From Bacteriovoracia bacterium (GTDB lineage Bacteria; Bdellovibrionota; UBA1018; CAIPTA01): 64,000 nt of DNA. Within the stretch, counting starts at the first letter, position 1; every line of letters begins with the position of its first letter. The position numbers and the translations under genes are program-made. Shown here one piece after another: positions 43,124-52,242 of the stretch. The DNA is taken from positions 1,600,001 through 1,664,000 of the forward strand of contig JBFWVL010000001.1 of the NCBI GenBank assembly GCA_050246755.1. The letters are read 5' to 3'. Under the pieces are notes generated by a model. It had not been told where the DNA came from. It saw nothing but the letters and a program-made list of their open reading frames with translations, and searched no databases.

Positions 43124-43669
43124 ATGTTGGTAAAAATATTAGTCGGCTTGACGGTCTTGATCGGTTTGCTGCTCGGTTACGTAGCTCTTCAGCCGAAAAA
43201 TTTCGCGGTTAGCCGCGAAATTAAAATCGCCGCTTCGCCCGAAAAAGTCTTTCCTCATCTAAACGACGTAAAAAAAGCCAATGCCTGGAATCCCTTTTTG
43301 AAGGCAGATCAGGGCGCTAAGATTACCTATTTCGGCCCTGCCGCGGGAGTGGGGGCCGGCAATAGCTGGGATGGTGATTCCCAAGTGGGAAAGGGCTCGG
43401 CTACGATCGTGGAAAGTATTCCTGGCTCCGCAGTGCGTTTACGTCTGGACTACGAGAAGCCGTTTAAGGGCACCAATACTGTAACGTACGCCCTGAAGAG
43501 CGAGGGGAAAGAGACGACGGTCAGTTGGTCTATTGCCGGAGAAAGCGCGTTCGTTCCTCGCCTTTTCTGCACTCTATTTTTCATGAATATGGACAAAATG
43601 ATCGGAAACAGCTTCGAAAAAGGATTGGCTGATCTGAAGGCGATCGTAGAGACGGAAACCAAGAAGTAA
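43124..43669 (+). CDS. SRPBCC family protein
   Basis: VSREIKI.ASPEKVF, WNPF, SWDG...G.G, FEKGLADLK. Confidence 0.9.
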   Translation: MLVKILVGLTVLIGLLLGYVALQPKNFAVSREIKIAASPEKVFPHLNDVKKANAWNPFLKADQGAKITYFGPAAGVGAGNSWDGDSQVGKGSATIVESIPGSAVRLRLDYEKPFKGTNTVTYALKSEGKETTVSWSIAGESAFVPRLFCTLFFMNMDKMIGNSFEKGLADLKAIVETETKK

Positions 43670-43680
43670 TCGTGAGAGTA

Positions 43681-43719
43681 AAAAAGCCGTCGCTCGAAAG
43701 AGCGACGGCTTTTTATTTT
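43681..43719. terminator. bidirectional terminator
   Basis: AAAAAGCCGTCGCTC-GAAA-GAGCGACGGCTTTTT. Confidence 0.9.
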
Positions 43720-43731
43720 ATCTAGAAGGCT

Positions 43732-45189
43732 CTATAGAACCACGGGAGTATCGATCACGATATCCACGCGGCGGTTCGTGGCGCGACCCTCTTTGGTTTT
43801 GTTGGTGGTAAGGGGGCGATCCGATCCGTAGCCTTCGGTATCTACCCGAAGCTCTTCCGACAACCCTTGGCTCACGAGGTATTTTTTCACCGATTCGGCT
43901 CGCTTTTCGGAGAGGGCTTTATTAGTGGCGTTCGAGCCGACGGAATCCGTGTGGCCTTCCACCGTGATTTGCTTGGCCGGAACGGCGGCAATCAGGTTAT
44001 CCACTTTACGAAGCGTGGCGAAAGAATCGGGGTTTAGATCCGAACGGCCGGAAGAAAATTGCATTTTCTTGAGGCGCACCACGATCTTGGTTCCGTCTTT
44101 CATTACTTCGGCTTCATCGGGGGCAAAGGTTTTCTTCACTTCTTCGATTTTCTGTTTTAGTTCCTCGGTGCTGGCGTAGTCGCTATTTTCAGACCGAAGA
44201 GCGGCGATCGCTCCCCCTTGCGAGGCAATACGGGCATTCTTCGCTTCTAGGTCGGAGGCTAGCTTCTCTTGCTCCGCCATTGCTTCAGCCTGGGCCTTGG
44301 CGAGTTCAGCGTCGGCTTCCGCTTTGGTTTGCTGGAGTTTATTGGCAGCATCCGCTTTCGTTTTCGAAAGAGCAGAACGAGAAGCTTCGAGCGCCTGGTT
44401 CTGGTTCCAGATCGTGAGCGCTACGGTTTCCGATGCCTTATTCTTACGGGCGATGGTGAGCACTTCCGTGAGTTTCCGGGCGGATTGCTGGGCTTCGCTA
44501 ACGGCATGGGCATAGCCATCGGCGGTATGCGGACTCAACTCGATAGCGTGTTCCGCAGAATCGGCGCGCGACACGGCGATCTCATAGAGACTCGGCGTTT
44601 TGCCTTTTGCGCCGTTGCTCTTGGCCTGCTTGATCTGCAGCCTTACGTTACCGAGCTCGCCATGCTTGCGGGCCGCGATTTCCGCTTCGCCGAATTTCTT
44701 TTCTACGGATTTTAGATCGTCCGAATCAATCGAGTTTCCTTTTTCGAGATCTTTTCCAATGTCGGCGAGGTCGTCATCGGCCGAGCGGAATTTGCTCTCG
44801 CTAAACTTCGGGCCCTGAGCCATCACGGCATAGCGGCGGGCTTCAAGGGCACCACGCATCAGGCCTTGGTTCGTATCGCCCACGTTTTTTACTTGCTGGA
44901 TTGCCTGCAGAGAAACGGCCACGTCGGAAAGAATGCTTTCGGAGCCTTTGCCTTTGCTGAGTTTTTCGGCGGCAGAGTTACGGTAGTCTACGGCGCGGGC
45001 GAAGTTCTTGGGAGCCAAGCGGTCGTACTGTTTTGCGCTGGCGTCCTCGATGGCAGCAGAAACGCGGCCGATTTCGGCCTGAGGATCGGAGTTCGCGGCA
45101 ATTGGGGCTTTCGCGGGAGTTGCGCAGCTGGCTAAAGCGAGCACGCTGAGCCCAAATAGGGCATTAAGGTACGTACTTTTGATTTTCAT
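43732..45189 (-). CDS. OmpA-domain lipoprotein with coiled-coil N-terminus
   Basis: lipobox LASC; VEGHTDSVG...LSEKRAESV...NRRVDI. Confidence 0.9.
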   Translation of the reverse strand: MKIKSTYLNALFGLSVLALASCATPAKAPIAANSDPQAEIGRVSAAIEDASAKQYDRLAPKNFARAVDYRNSAAEKLSKGKGSESILSDVAVSLQAIQQVKNVGDTNQGLMRGALEARRYAVMAQGPKFSESKFRSADDDLADIGKDLEKGNSIDSDDLKSVEKKFGEAEIAARKHGELGNVRLQIKQAKSNGAKGKTPSLYEIAVSRADSAEHAIELSPHTADGYAHAVSEAQQSARKLTEVLTIARKNKASETVALTIWNQNQALEASRSALSKTKADAANKLQQTKAEADAELAKAQAEAMAEQEKLASDLEAKNARIASQGGAIAALRSENSDYASTEELKQKIEEVKKTFAPDEAEVMKDGTKIVVRLKKMQFSSGRSDLNPDSFATLRKVDNLIAAVPAKQITVEGHTDSVGSNATNKALSEKRAESVKKYLVSQGLSEELRVDTEGYGSDRPLTTNKTKEGRATNRRVDIVIDTPVVL

Positions 45190-45249
45190 AAGGAGAACTC
45201 CTTTAAGAGTAGAAATAGAATAAGTCATACGGATGTACGCAATAGGCGA

Positions 45250-45265
45250 TGCAAGCCGGTGGCCG
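45250..45265 (-). promoter_or_regulatory. possible sigma54 promoter of OmpA-domain gene
   Basis: minus strand CGGCCACCGGCTTGCA, GG-N10-GC. Confidence 0.4.
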
Positions 45266-45364
45266 TATGGCGGAAGATGGGGTCTATTGCCGCGCTCGGA
45301 AGAAATTTAGCAAGGCCTTTCAGATTTCTTTCCTTTATTATGCGAAGAAGAAGCCGGGAGATTT

Positions 45365-46222
45365 ATGGATGATCCCATAATTGATGACGTAACCGATACC
45401 GCGCTCTGGGTGGCTCATTATCGCGCCCAGGAGACGAAAAGACCCGATGCGCTTTTTCAGGATCCATTGGCCGAACGCTTAGCGGGAGAAAAAGGCAAAC
45501 AGATCGCTGCGAAGATGCTGGGCTCGCGCTATACGGCCTGGACGCTGGCGATCCGGACCTTCGTGATCGATGCCTACATCACTGAGCTCGTGGCAACCGG
45601 CGTGGACACGGTGATCAACCTTGGCGCGGGTCTCGATACCCGCCCTTACCGCTTGGATCTACCCGCTTCGCTACGCTGGGTGGAGGCTGATTTTCCCCGG
45701 ATCATTCAGCACAAAGAAAAAATTCTGGCCGCCGAAAAGCCTAGATGCAAGCTTGAGAGAATCGCCATTGATTTGGCCGATGCGAACGAGAGGAAAATGT
45801 TTTTGGCCCGCGTGGGGATCGAATCGAAGCGAGCGCTGATTCTTACCGAAGGCGTTACCCCTTACCTAAGCGAGGAGCAAGTAAGCGCGCTGGCCGCCGA
45901 TCTATTGGCCCAGTATGCCTTCCGCTATTGGCTGCTCGACTATTACTCCCAAGAAGTGAAGCGCCATATGCAAAGTAAGCGGAGAATGCGGCAGATGCGG
46001 AATTCTCCTTTTATTTTCTTTCCCGAAAACTGGTTTTCTTTTTTTGAGGAAAGGGGCTGGAAGCTGAGGGAGATGCGCTACATCGGCGAAACCTCCCAAA
46101 AGCTCGGCCGCGCTCTCCCCACTCCCTGGTGGGTGAATATTCTCATTTCTCTTTTTGGAGCGCAGGACAAAAACCCGCTTACTAAAATGTCGGGCTACGC
46201 TCTGTTGGAGCCAAAATCGTAG
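45365..46222 (+). CDS. SAM-dependent methyltransferase (LCM family)
   Basis: TALWVA..RA.E, DPLAERLAG, NLGAGLDTRPYRL, TEGV. Confidence 0.92.
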   Translation: MDDPIIDDVTDTALWVAHYRAQETKRPDALFQDPLAERLAGEKGKQIAAKMLGSRYTAWTLAIRTFVIDAYITELVATGVDTVINLGAGLDTRPYRLDLPASLRWVEADFPRIIQHKEKILAAEKPRCKLERIAIDLADANERKMFLARVGIESKRALILTEGVTPYLSEEQVSALAADLLAQYAFRYWLLDYYSQEVKRHMQSKRRMRQMRNSPFIFFPENWFSFFEERGWKLREMRYIGETSQKLGRALPTPWWVNILISLFGAQDKNPLTKMSGYALLEPKS

Positions 46223-46295
46223 TTCGCGTTTTCCTCTCTTTTCTTCCTATGCAAGCGGTACTCGAAGGCTTAACGGGTGTGCCGAAAACCAAATA

Positions 46296-46331
46296 GAAAA
46301 GCCCGGCGCGAGAGCCAGGCTTTTCTATTTT
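46296..46331. terminator. bidirectional terminator
   Basis: GAAAAGCC-CGGC...GCC-AGGCTTTTC between convergent genes. Confidence 0.6.
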
Positions 46332-46346
46332 CTCAGTAGCCGACTA

Positions 46347-46820
46347 TTAGGCGATATGGCGGCTGCGTTTGCCTTCGCTAACGAGGGGCGCGATTTCTGC
46401 CGAGGCTTTATGGGTGAGCGCAAAGCCGAAATAGGCTCCAAGCAGCGCGAAGATACCGTGCGCCCAAACTTCGGCTCCGAAAAGGGGCCAGTAGCCGTAG
46501 ACGGTGTCGGTTTGCGGGAAAAGACCTAAAATAGCGCCGATTCCCATCACCACGAATACCGTACGTGACCATTTTACCGATGCGGGCAATGCCGTAGTGG
46601 GCCGCTGCGAGGCAATAATTCCCGCTACCCCGAAAAGAATCAGAACGACTTTATTGATAATATTCATAGGGAAGAGATTCAGGAAAAGGCCATAGCTGGT
46701 CTCGAGGTTAAGTGCGGGTAGCATGGCGGCGGGATAATCATAGAGAGCGGGGATGAGAGAAACGGCGCCCATCACTAACATTAGGATCCCACCGAAGAGG
46801 GCATAATTTCTTGGTTGCAT
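46347..46820 (-). CDS. DUF4383-like membrane protein
   Basis: FP.N...V.I.FGVAG, ILGL.P...T.YG.WPLFG..VW.H. Confidence 0.75.
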   Translation of the reverse strand: MQPRNYALFGGILMLVMGAVSLIPALYDYPAAMLPALNLETSYGLFLNLFPMNIINKVVLILFGVAGIIASQRPTTALPASVKWSRTVFVVMGIGAILGLFPQTDTVYGYWPLFGAEVWAHGIFALLGAYFGFALTHKASAEIAPLVSEGKRSRHIA

Positions 46821-46867
46821 AGTAAGTACTCCTTTTAAATTTAGACCAACGTCACTGGGCGGAAGCG

Positions 46868-46883
46868 TGCAAGCAGAAAGCCA
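46868..46883 (-). promoter_or_regulatory. sigma54 promoter of DUF4383-like gene
   Basis: minus strand TGGCTTTCTGCTTGCA, GG-N10-GC. Confidence 0.55.
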
Positions 46884-46959
46884 ATTCCAGGTACTGCGAC
46901 ATTTCGCTGCATTTTAGTTACTATGTCGCAAACGATTTTGAAATGAAGCGAGGAATCAT

Positions 46960-47541
46960 ATGGGCAAGGGCAGGTTGGAAGCATTTAGCGACGGCGTTTT
47001 GGCGATCATTATCACCATCATGGTACTGGAGCTGCGCCCTCCGCACGAAACCGATTGGAACGCGCTCCTGCATCTGCTTCCCGTGATGGTGAGCTATATC
47101 CTGAGCTTCATCTTCGTGGGAATTTACTGGAACAATCACCACCACCTGCTGATGCTAGTGCAAAAAATCACGGGACCGATTCTTTGGGCCAACTTGCATC
47201 TGCTCTTCTGGCTTTCCCTTGTGCCGTTCGTGACGGCTTGGATCGGCGAGCATCCCCACGCGTCTCTGCCCCTCGCGGCCTACGGAGTAGTGCTGTTGGG
47301 AGCTGGCGTGGCTTTTTATATTTTGTGTCAGTGCCTCGTATCGGTGCACGGGAAAGAGTCTACGATCGCTAAGGCGTTCGGCCGCGACGCCAAGGGAGTG
47401 GCTTCGGTGGCGATTTATGCGGTGGCGGTTCCGGTAGCCTTCGTGCTTCCTTGGCTTTCCTACTCTCTCTACGTGCTGGTAGCTCTGCTGTGGCTGGTGC
47501 CAGATAAGCGCGTAGAAAATATCATTACGAAGAAGGCCTAG
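46960..47541 (+). CDS. TMEM175 family potassium channel
   Basis: RLEAFSDGVLAIIITIMVLEL, YWNNHH. Confidence 0.93.
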   Translation: MGKGRLEAFSDGVLAIIITIMVLELRPPHETDWNALLHLLPVMVSYILSFIFVGIYWNNHHHLLMLVQKITGPILWANLHLLFWLSLVPFVTAWIGEHPHASLPLAAYGVVLLGAGVAFYILCQCLVSVHGKESTIAKAFGRDAKGVASVAIYAVAVPVAFVLPWLSYSLYVLVALLWLVPDKRVENIITKKA

Positions 47542-47641
47542 GTACACGTTCCCCGATAAAGAAATCGCACGGGGATGCCTGCCCACTTTCGAAGAGATCT
47601 AGTAAACTAAAGGTCTACCAAAAACCATGGAAGGGAATCCG

Positions 47642-47926
47642 ATGAAGCGTATCATTGCCAGTTTATTTCTAATCACCGCAATCTGTTTGGCTCCGGCTGC
47701 TTTCGCCCACGATGATAAGGCCGCCGATGGCGACCATAAAGTAGCGCATGCCCATAAGCATAAGCACGCTAAAAACTGCGGTCACAAAGCCGAGAAGCAC
47801 GGCGATCATACCGACTACGAAGAAACCGTAGATGGAAAAATCCACCACCACAAGAAGCACGATAAGCATTATGACGAGTGCGAGGGCCCCGAGGCCGAAG
47901 CTGCGGCCGATTCGGCCAAGAAGTAA
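47642..47926 (+). CDS. small secreted His-rich protein
   Basis: signal peptide then HAHKHKHAKNCGHKAEKHGDHTDY; alternative start 47627. Confidence 0.75.
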   Translation: MKRIIASLFLITAICLAPAAFAHDDKAADGDHKVAHAHKHKHAKNCGHKAEKHGDHTDYEETVDGKIHHHKKHDKHYDECEGPEAEAAADSAKK

Positions 47927-47959
47927 TCTTTCGAAGCGCTAGCCGCGCCTAACGGGCGG

Positions 47960-48322
47960 CTAGCCTTTTACTTTGAATCCTTTTTTCTCGAGAAGCGCAC
48001 GGATCTGTTCGCGCTTTTCTCCCTGAATTTCGATCAAACCCTCTTTTCCTTCCAGCGAATACGTTCCGCCGGCGCCACATTTTTTTTTCAGCTCGGTGGT
48101 GAGCTCTTTTAGGAAAAGCTCCTGCTTAGGTAGCTGGTCTATTACCGTGACGGTTTTCCCACCTCGGCCCTGTTTTTCAATGCGCAGAACGGCCACGAAT
48201 TTATGACTGGAAAGGGGTTGCTCTGCCTCGCAGGTGCAGGCGCCGAGCAGTTCTTTGCATTTGGGGCATTTCTTATTGAGCTCGGGGTTAGAGCTATATA
48301 CTAAGCGGGCGTCGTTGCTCAT
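47960..48322 (-). CDS. yciH: SUI1/YciH translation factor
   Basis: LVYS, CxxC...CxC, GRGGKTVT, LKKKCG.GG, IEIQG. Confidence 0.9.
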   Translation of the reverse strand: MSNDARLVYSSNPELNKKCPKCKELLGACTCEAEQPLSSHKFVAVLRIEKQGRGGKTVTVIDQLPKQELFLKELTTELKKKCGAGGTYSLEGKEGLIEIQGEKREQIRALLEKKGFKVKG

Positions 48323-48333
48323 GCCGCTCTAGT

Positions 48334-48756
48334 TTACGCGGCTTTCTTATTGAATTGAAACACTTCGTCGTGCAGCTTTTTTGCTTTTTGGCACTCGAGA
48401 TGGATGGCGTGCCCGATTTTTTTCGTGGCTTCGGGATCGTGGATGCCCTTCACCAGCGCATCGAGGTGCGACATGCAGGTTTCCAAAAGCGAAACTACTT
48501 TTGGCTGGGGGCGTTTATTCGCCGAAGCGGCGCAGTCATAGCACGTTTTCTTTAGGGTACCGCAGTAGGCGGCGAGATCAGTGAGGCCAAAGGTGGCGGC
48601 GGTTCCATAAATGCGGTCGATAATCTGGCCGAACTTTTCAAATTGAGCCGGCTGATCGTTATTGGTCTTGAGCGAAGCCACTACGGTGGCAAGTTCCGGC
48701 TCCAAAGATTTAATCTCGGCCACGAAGTCGTTCAGCAATTCAGCGTCTAGGCCCAT
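48334..48756 (-). CDS. Hpt-like four-helix protein lacking phospho-His
   Basis: LL.DF..E N-terminus like CheA P1; IDRIYGTA where HTLKGSA is expected. Confidence 0.6.
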   Translation of the reverse strand: MGLDAELLNDFVAEIKSLEPELATVVASLKTNNDQPAQFEKFGQIIDRIYGTAATFGLTDLAAYCGTLKKTCYDCAASANKRPQPKVVSLLETCMSHLDALVKGIHDPEATKKIGHAIHLECQKAKKLHDEVFQFNKKAA

Positions 48757-48774
48757 AGCGATCTCCTTGGGGGC

Positions 48775-48805
48775 TTATCGGTGTGGAGAATCCTTAACCT
48801 TAAAG
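48775..48805 (-). promoter_or_regulatory. sigma28-like promoter of Hpt-like gene
   Basis: minus strand TTAAG-N16-ACCGATAA. Confidence 0.45.
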
Positions 48806-48823
48806 AATTCGTCAGTGGCGGCG

Positions 48824-49117
48824 CTAAGTGCTTGTTTGTGGGCAAAAAAAATATTCTCGTCGGTGCGGCGCTCTGGACGAGTGCGTTTGGATACAAGGCA
48901 AGAGCTCAAAGCTGGCCGGTCCATCCAGGGCCTGGAGCACGAGTTTGCGGCCGCCGGAGAAATTCAATTTCGCGCCACTGCGCAGGACAATATCTTCGGT
49001 GCAGCCATCCTTGGTGAGCCAAAGCGATCCCGAGAGCACCTTTACGGCTGAATGGGGTGGGAATGCGGCTGAGGTGGTGACTTCGCCTCTATTTATTGTA
49101 ATAATCATAATGGTCAT
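48824..49117 (-). CDS. DUF2917 domain protein
   Basis: V.SG.LWLT..G..EDIVL..G. Confidence 0.72.
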   Translation of the reverse strand: MTIMIITINRGEVTTSAAFPPHSAVKVLSGSLWLTKDGCTEDIVLRSGAKLNFSGGRKLVLQALDGPASFELLPCIQTHSSRAPHRREYFFCPQTST

Positions 49118-49119
49118 TA

Positions 49120-49168
49120 TGCCTAATCACATTAGGCAAATCACAAAAATGCCTAATGTGATTAAATA
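49120..49168. promoter_or_regulatory. two dyad operators between DUF2917 gene and Lrp/AsnC gene
   Basis: TGCCTAAT-CAC-ATTAGGCA and TGCCTAAT-GTG-ATTAAATA, 30 bp apart. Confidence 0.7.
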
Positions 49169-49206
49169 ATTGAATGGTGTTCTATAGATGGGGTGGGGGA
49201 AGGGCT

Positions 49207-49647
49207 ATGGTAGACGAGATCGACCGAAAGATATTAAATTTGCTGAAAAAAGACTCTCGCCTGCAGTTTGCGGAAATCGGCCGCCAAGTTCATCTTTCGG
49301 CCCCCGCCGTTTTTTCCCGGGTGAAAAAACTCGAAGCTAAAGGCGTGATCCGCAAATTCAGCATCGAAATGAATCCCGAAACGCTCGAGGCCTCTATGTG
49401 CGCTTTTATCCGGATCGTGCTCAAAGGAGTGGCCACGGCAGACGCGGTGGCCACGCTTGAGAAATACAAAGAGATCGAAGAGGCGCACCACGTGGCCGGA
49501 GAAGACTGCCTGGTATTAAAGGTGCGCACGCAGGGAGCGCTGCAGCTGAACCAGCTGCTGGAAACCATCAAGCGCCAAAAAGGCGTGGAGCGAACCGTTA
49601 CCAGCGTAGTGCTCAAGTCGGAATTTGAACGAGGGCTCACTCCCTAA
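49207..49647 (+). CDS. Lrp/AsnC family regulator
   Basis: DEIDRKIL.LL..DSR...EIGRQV.LS..AV..RVKKLE..GVI. Confidence 0.93.
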   Translation: MVDEIDRKILNLLKKDSRLQFAEIGRQVHLSAPAVFSRVKKLEAKGVIRKFSIEMNPETLEASMCAFIRIVLKGVATADAVATLEKYKEIEEAHHVAGEDCLVLKVRTQGALQLNQLLETIKRQKGVERTVTSVVLKSEFERGLTP

Positions 49648-51212
49648 TGAGCCGGCGCGAAATAAAGTGGGCGGCGCTCAGCGGGATCCTTCTTGGCATT
49701 TCGGTTTTACCCACCGATAAAATTCCTTTAGGCCACTGGCCTATATTTTTCGGCTTTGTGCCCCTGTGGAATTACTGGCTCACCAATCCCGAAGGGAAAA
49801 ATATTTTTCGCGCCGGTTGGATAACCCAGTTTCTATTCACGCTAATCGCCTTTAACTGGGTGGCTCACACGGTTCACGAATTTAGTTTCCTGCCTTGGCC
49901 GCTGGCCGCGCTCGTGCTCATGCTCTTCTGCGCGGTAGCGAACCTTTATCTGCCGATCGCCGGAATGCTCTGGAAATGGCTTTTTCCTTCTAGCGCCTAC
50001 GGGGAAGGGGCTCGCATTATGGCGCTGGTGTTACTCACGGCGCTCGGGGAGCGCGCCTTCCCGATGATCTTCGAATGGAACTTCGGTTATGTTTGGTTTT
50101 ATGAGCGCTGGCCGGGATTTCATTTTGCCGACGTGATCGGTTTTCGCGGGCTAAGTACCGCGTGTCTCGTGCTGAATGGGCTAGTGTTGTTTGCCTGGCG
50201 AAAAAAAATCAGAGGCGAGCGCTGGTGGGTTCCGCTGGCGGCCGCGTCGGTATTTTTAATGGCGTTGAATTGGGCGGGCACCTACCGCCTGCATTCTTTG
50301 GTGCCGGCCGATCGCTCGCTTCGCGTGCTGGTGGTGCAAGCGAATATCGGGAACAAACAGAAACACCAAGCTGAATTTGGCGAAGGATACCGGGATGCGA
50401 TCATAGGAAAGTATATCGATCTCACGGAAAGAGCACTGGGCGCATCCGGCTCTAAGCCGGATTTCGTGGTGTGGCCGGAGAATGCCTTTCCTGATCTCCT
50501 GCTCGAGCCCACGCTCACGCAGGGGAAAGCACTCATCCTCAAGAGGTTTTTGGTGGAGCAAAAGGTGAGCCTCATAACTGGCGCTTACGGCTTTAACGGA
50601 ACCGATGCGATCACGAACTCAGTTTTTCTCCTTTCCTCCGGGGGAGAGTGGGCGGCAGCGCCTTACCGAAAGACCGTACTCCTTCCCTTCGGAGAATATA
50701 TTCCCGGTGCCCGGTGGTTTCCCTGGCTAAAAAATCTCTTGCCTCACGTGCGTGACTTCGGCGCGGGCTCCGGCCCCGCGGTGCTCTCTCTGCACGAGGC
50801 AAGGCTCGGCATTCAGATTTGCTACGAGGGGCTTTTTGATTGGTTCACCAGGGCCTCGGCCCGAGACGGAGCGAATCTGATCGTGAATGTAACGAATGAC
50901 TCTTGGTACGGAAAATGGCAGCAACCCTATCAGCATTTCTATATGACGCTCGGGCGTGCGATCGAAACGAGGCTTCCTTTATTGCGCGCCACGAACACCG
51001 GGATCTCGGGCGTTGCGCTGGCGAATGGAGAGATACTGGAGCTTTCTCCCATGCACGAAGAATGGACGCACGTGTATTCCATTCCCTACACACAGGCTCC
51101 TGGACTCACGCCATTCGTGAGATACGGGTATTGGCTGGTGCCGGGAATGCTCGCAGCGCTTCTGCTTGGGCTATTGGGGATGCGCCTTCGCCGGCGCTCT
51201 TCCCATAGTTAG
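49647..51212 (+). CDS. lnt: apolipoprotein N-acyltransferase
   Basis: VQANI, WPE, K..L.PFGEYIP, QICYE, VTND.W, RATNTGIS. Confidence 0.95.
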   Translation: MSRREIKWAALSGILLGISVLPTDKIPLGHWPIFFGFVPLWNYWLTNPEGKNIFRAGWITQFLFTLIAFNWVAHTVHEFSFLPWPLAALVLMLFCAVANLYLPIAGMLWKWLFPSSAYGEGARIMALVLLTALGERAFPMIFEWNFGYVWFYERWPGFHFADVIGFRGLSTACLVLNGLVLFAWRKKIRGERWWVPLAAASVFLMALNWAGTYRLHSLVPADRSLRVLVVQANIGNKQKHQAEFGEGYRDAIIGKYIDLTERALGASGSKPDFVVWPENAFPDLLLEPTLTQGKALILKRFLVEQKVSLITGAYGFNGTDAITNSVFLLSSGGEWAAAPYRKTVLLPFGEYIPGARWFPWLKNLLPHVRDFGAGSGPAVLSLHEARLGIQICYEGLFDWFTRASARDGANLIVNVTNDSWYGKWQQPYQHFYMTLGRAIETRLPLLRATNTGISGVALANGEILELSPMHEEWTHVYSIPYTQAPGLTPFVRYGYWLVPGMLAALLLGLLGMRLRRRSSHS

Positions 51213-51994
51213 CGAGGCTGGTAAGCCAGGCTGTCGGGAGCGGGGCAGAGGGCCGCTTTCTCCGCGCTCGTAAGCTGCATGCTCGGATTCACCGTGAACG
51301 AACGGATCATCCCACGAATGGTCTCAAAGCCCGGCTCGGTATTGAATCCGTCGGTATTTTGGTCCCAATACGCAACGGCCTGCTCGGCGGTGAAGCCGCA
51401 GAACTGACGAAGCGTGGTAGCCGCCACGTAGCCCGAAGCATGCCATCCATTCCAGCAGTGGGCGTACATGGGGCCTCGACGTGGATCGCGTACGTGTTCG
51501 AAGATTTGCGAGTGAAGCAGATCCAGATCTTCGGGGCGGTAGGAAAGTGGGCTGATCTGCACGTACTCCAAGGTGTTCTCCACGTTGTCGTAGGTGCGGC
51601 AGCGGGTTTGTTTTTTGGCCGTATTATAGTTCTTGGCGTAGAGGTATACCGCGCGCGTGAATCCTTCCTTGCAAAGATTCTCCAGGCCTTCTTTGGGCAG
51701 GGGATTCGAGTTAGAGCGCTTTTTGTGTTTATTGTAGTAATTATTAGCGCCGCCGCGGTAGTACACGCCGTTCAGCACCGCGCGGGTATTGCGTAGGCCG
51801 TAAAGGCTGTCGTGTCCGTTGCCGTAGTTGTCCAAGAGCTTGTCGCCGGCCGTTGGGAGTTGGTAGCGCGTGCGGTATTTGCCGCCCACGATGGTATCGA
51901 TGCCTTTTGCCGAATCGGTTTCAATCCCGAAACCGAGCTGCGGGATAAGCGCGAGCGTGGCTATTAAATAAAATTTATTCAAACGTAGAGTCAT
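51209..51994 (-). CDS. secreted PTP/DSP-fold-like protein with variant P-loop
   Basis: signal peptide; YYRGG; HCWNGWHASG at the HCxxGxxR position. Confidence 0.6.
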   Translation of the reverse strand: MTLRLNKFYLIATLALIPQLGFGIETDSAKGIDTIVGGKYRTRYQLPTAGDKLLDNYGNGHDSLYGLRNTRAVLNGVYYRGGANNYYNKHKKRSNSNPLPKEGLENLCKEGFTRAVYLYAKNYNTAKKQTRCRTYDNVENTLEYVQISPLSYRPEDLDLLHSQIFEHVRDPRRGPMYAHCWNGWHASGYVAATTLRQFCGFTAEQAVAYWDQNTDGFNTEPGFETIRGMIRSFTVNPSMQLTSAEKAALCPAPDSLAYQPR

Positions 51995-52242
51995 TTCCGC
52001 CTCCGTGCGTAATACTCCTCGGTCCATTAACTGCTTTCCTTAATGGTCCGACGAGTGGCGTTATGGGCCAAAGAGAAATCTTCCCTTTAGTATCCACCTG
52101 GCCAGATTTTTTTGGCTGAGCTAGCGGAAACGTGACTAAATCTTAAACAATTCCAAATATTTATACCGGTACCGGTAATAGTCAACTAATCTTGTCAATT
52201 AAGCTCGATTTTGGTAGTATCGGCCCCCACCGAGGAGTTTTT

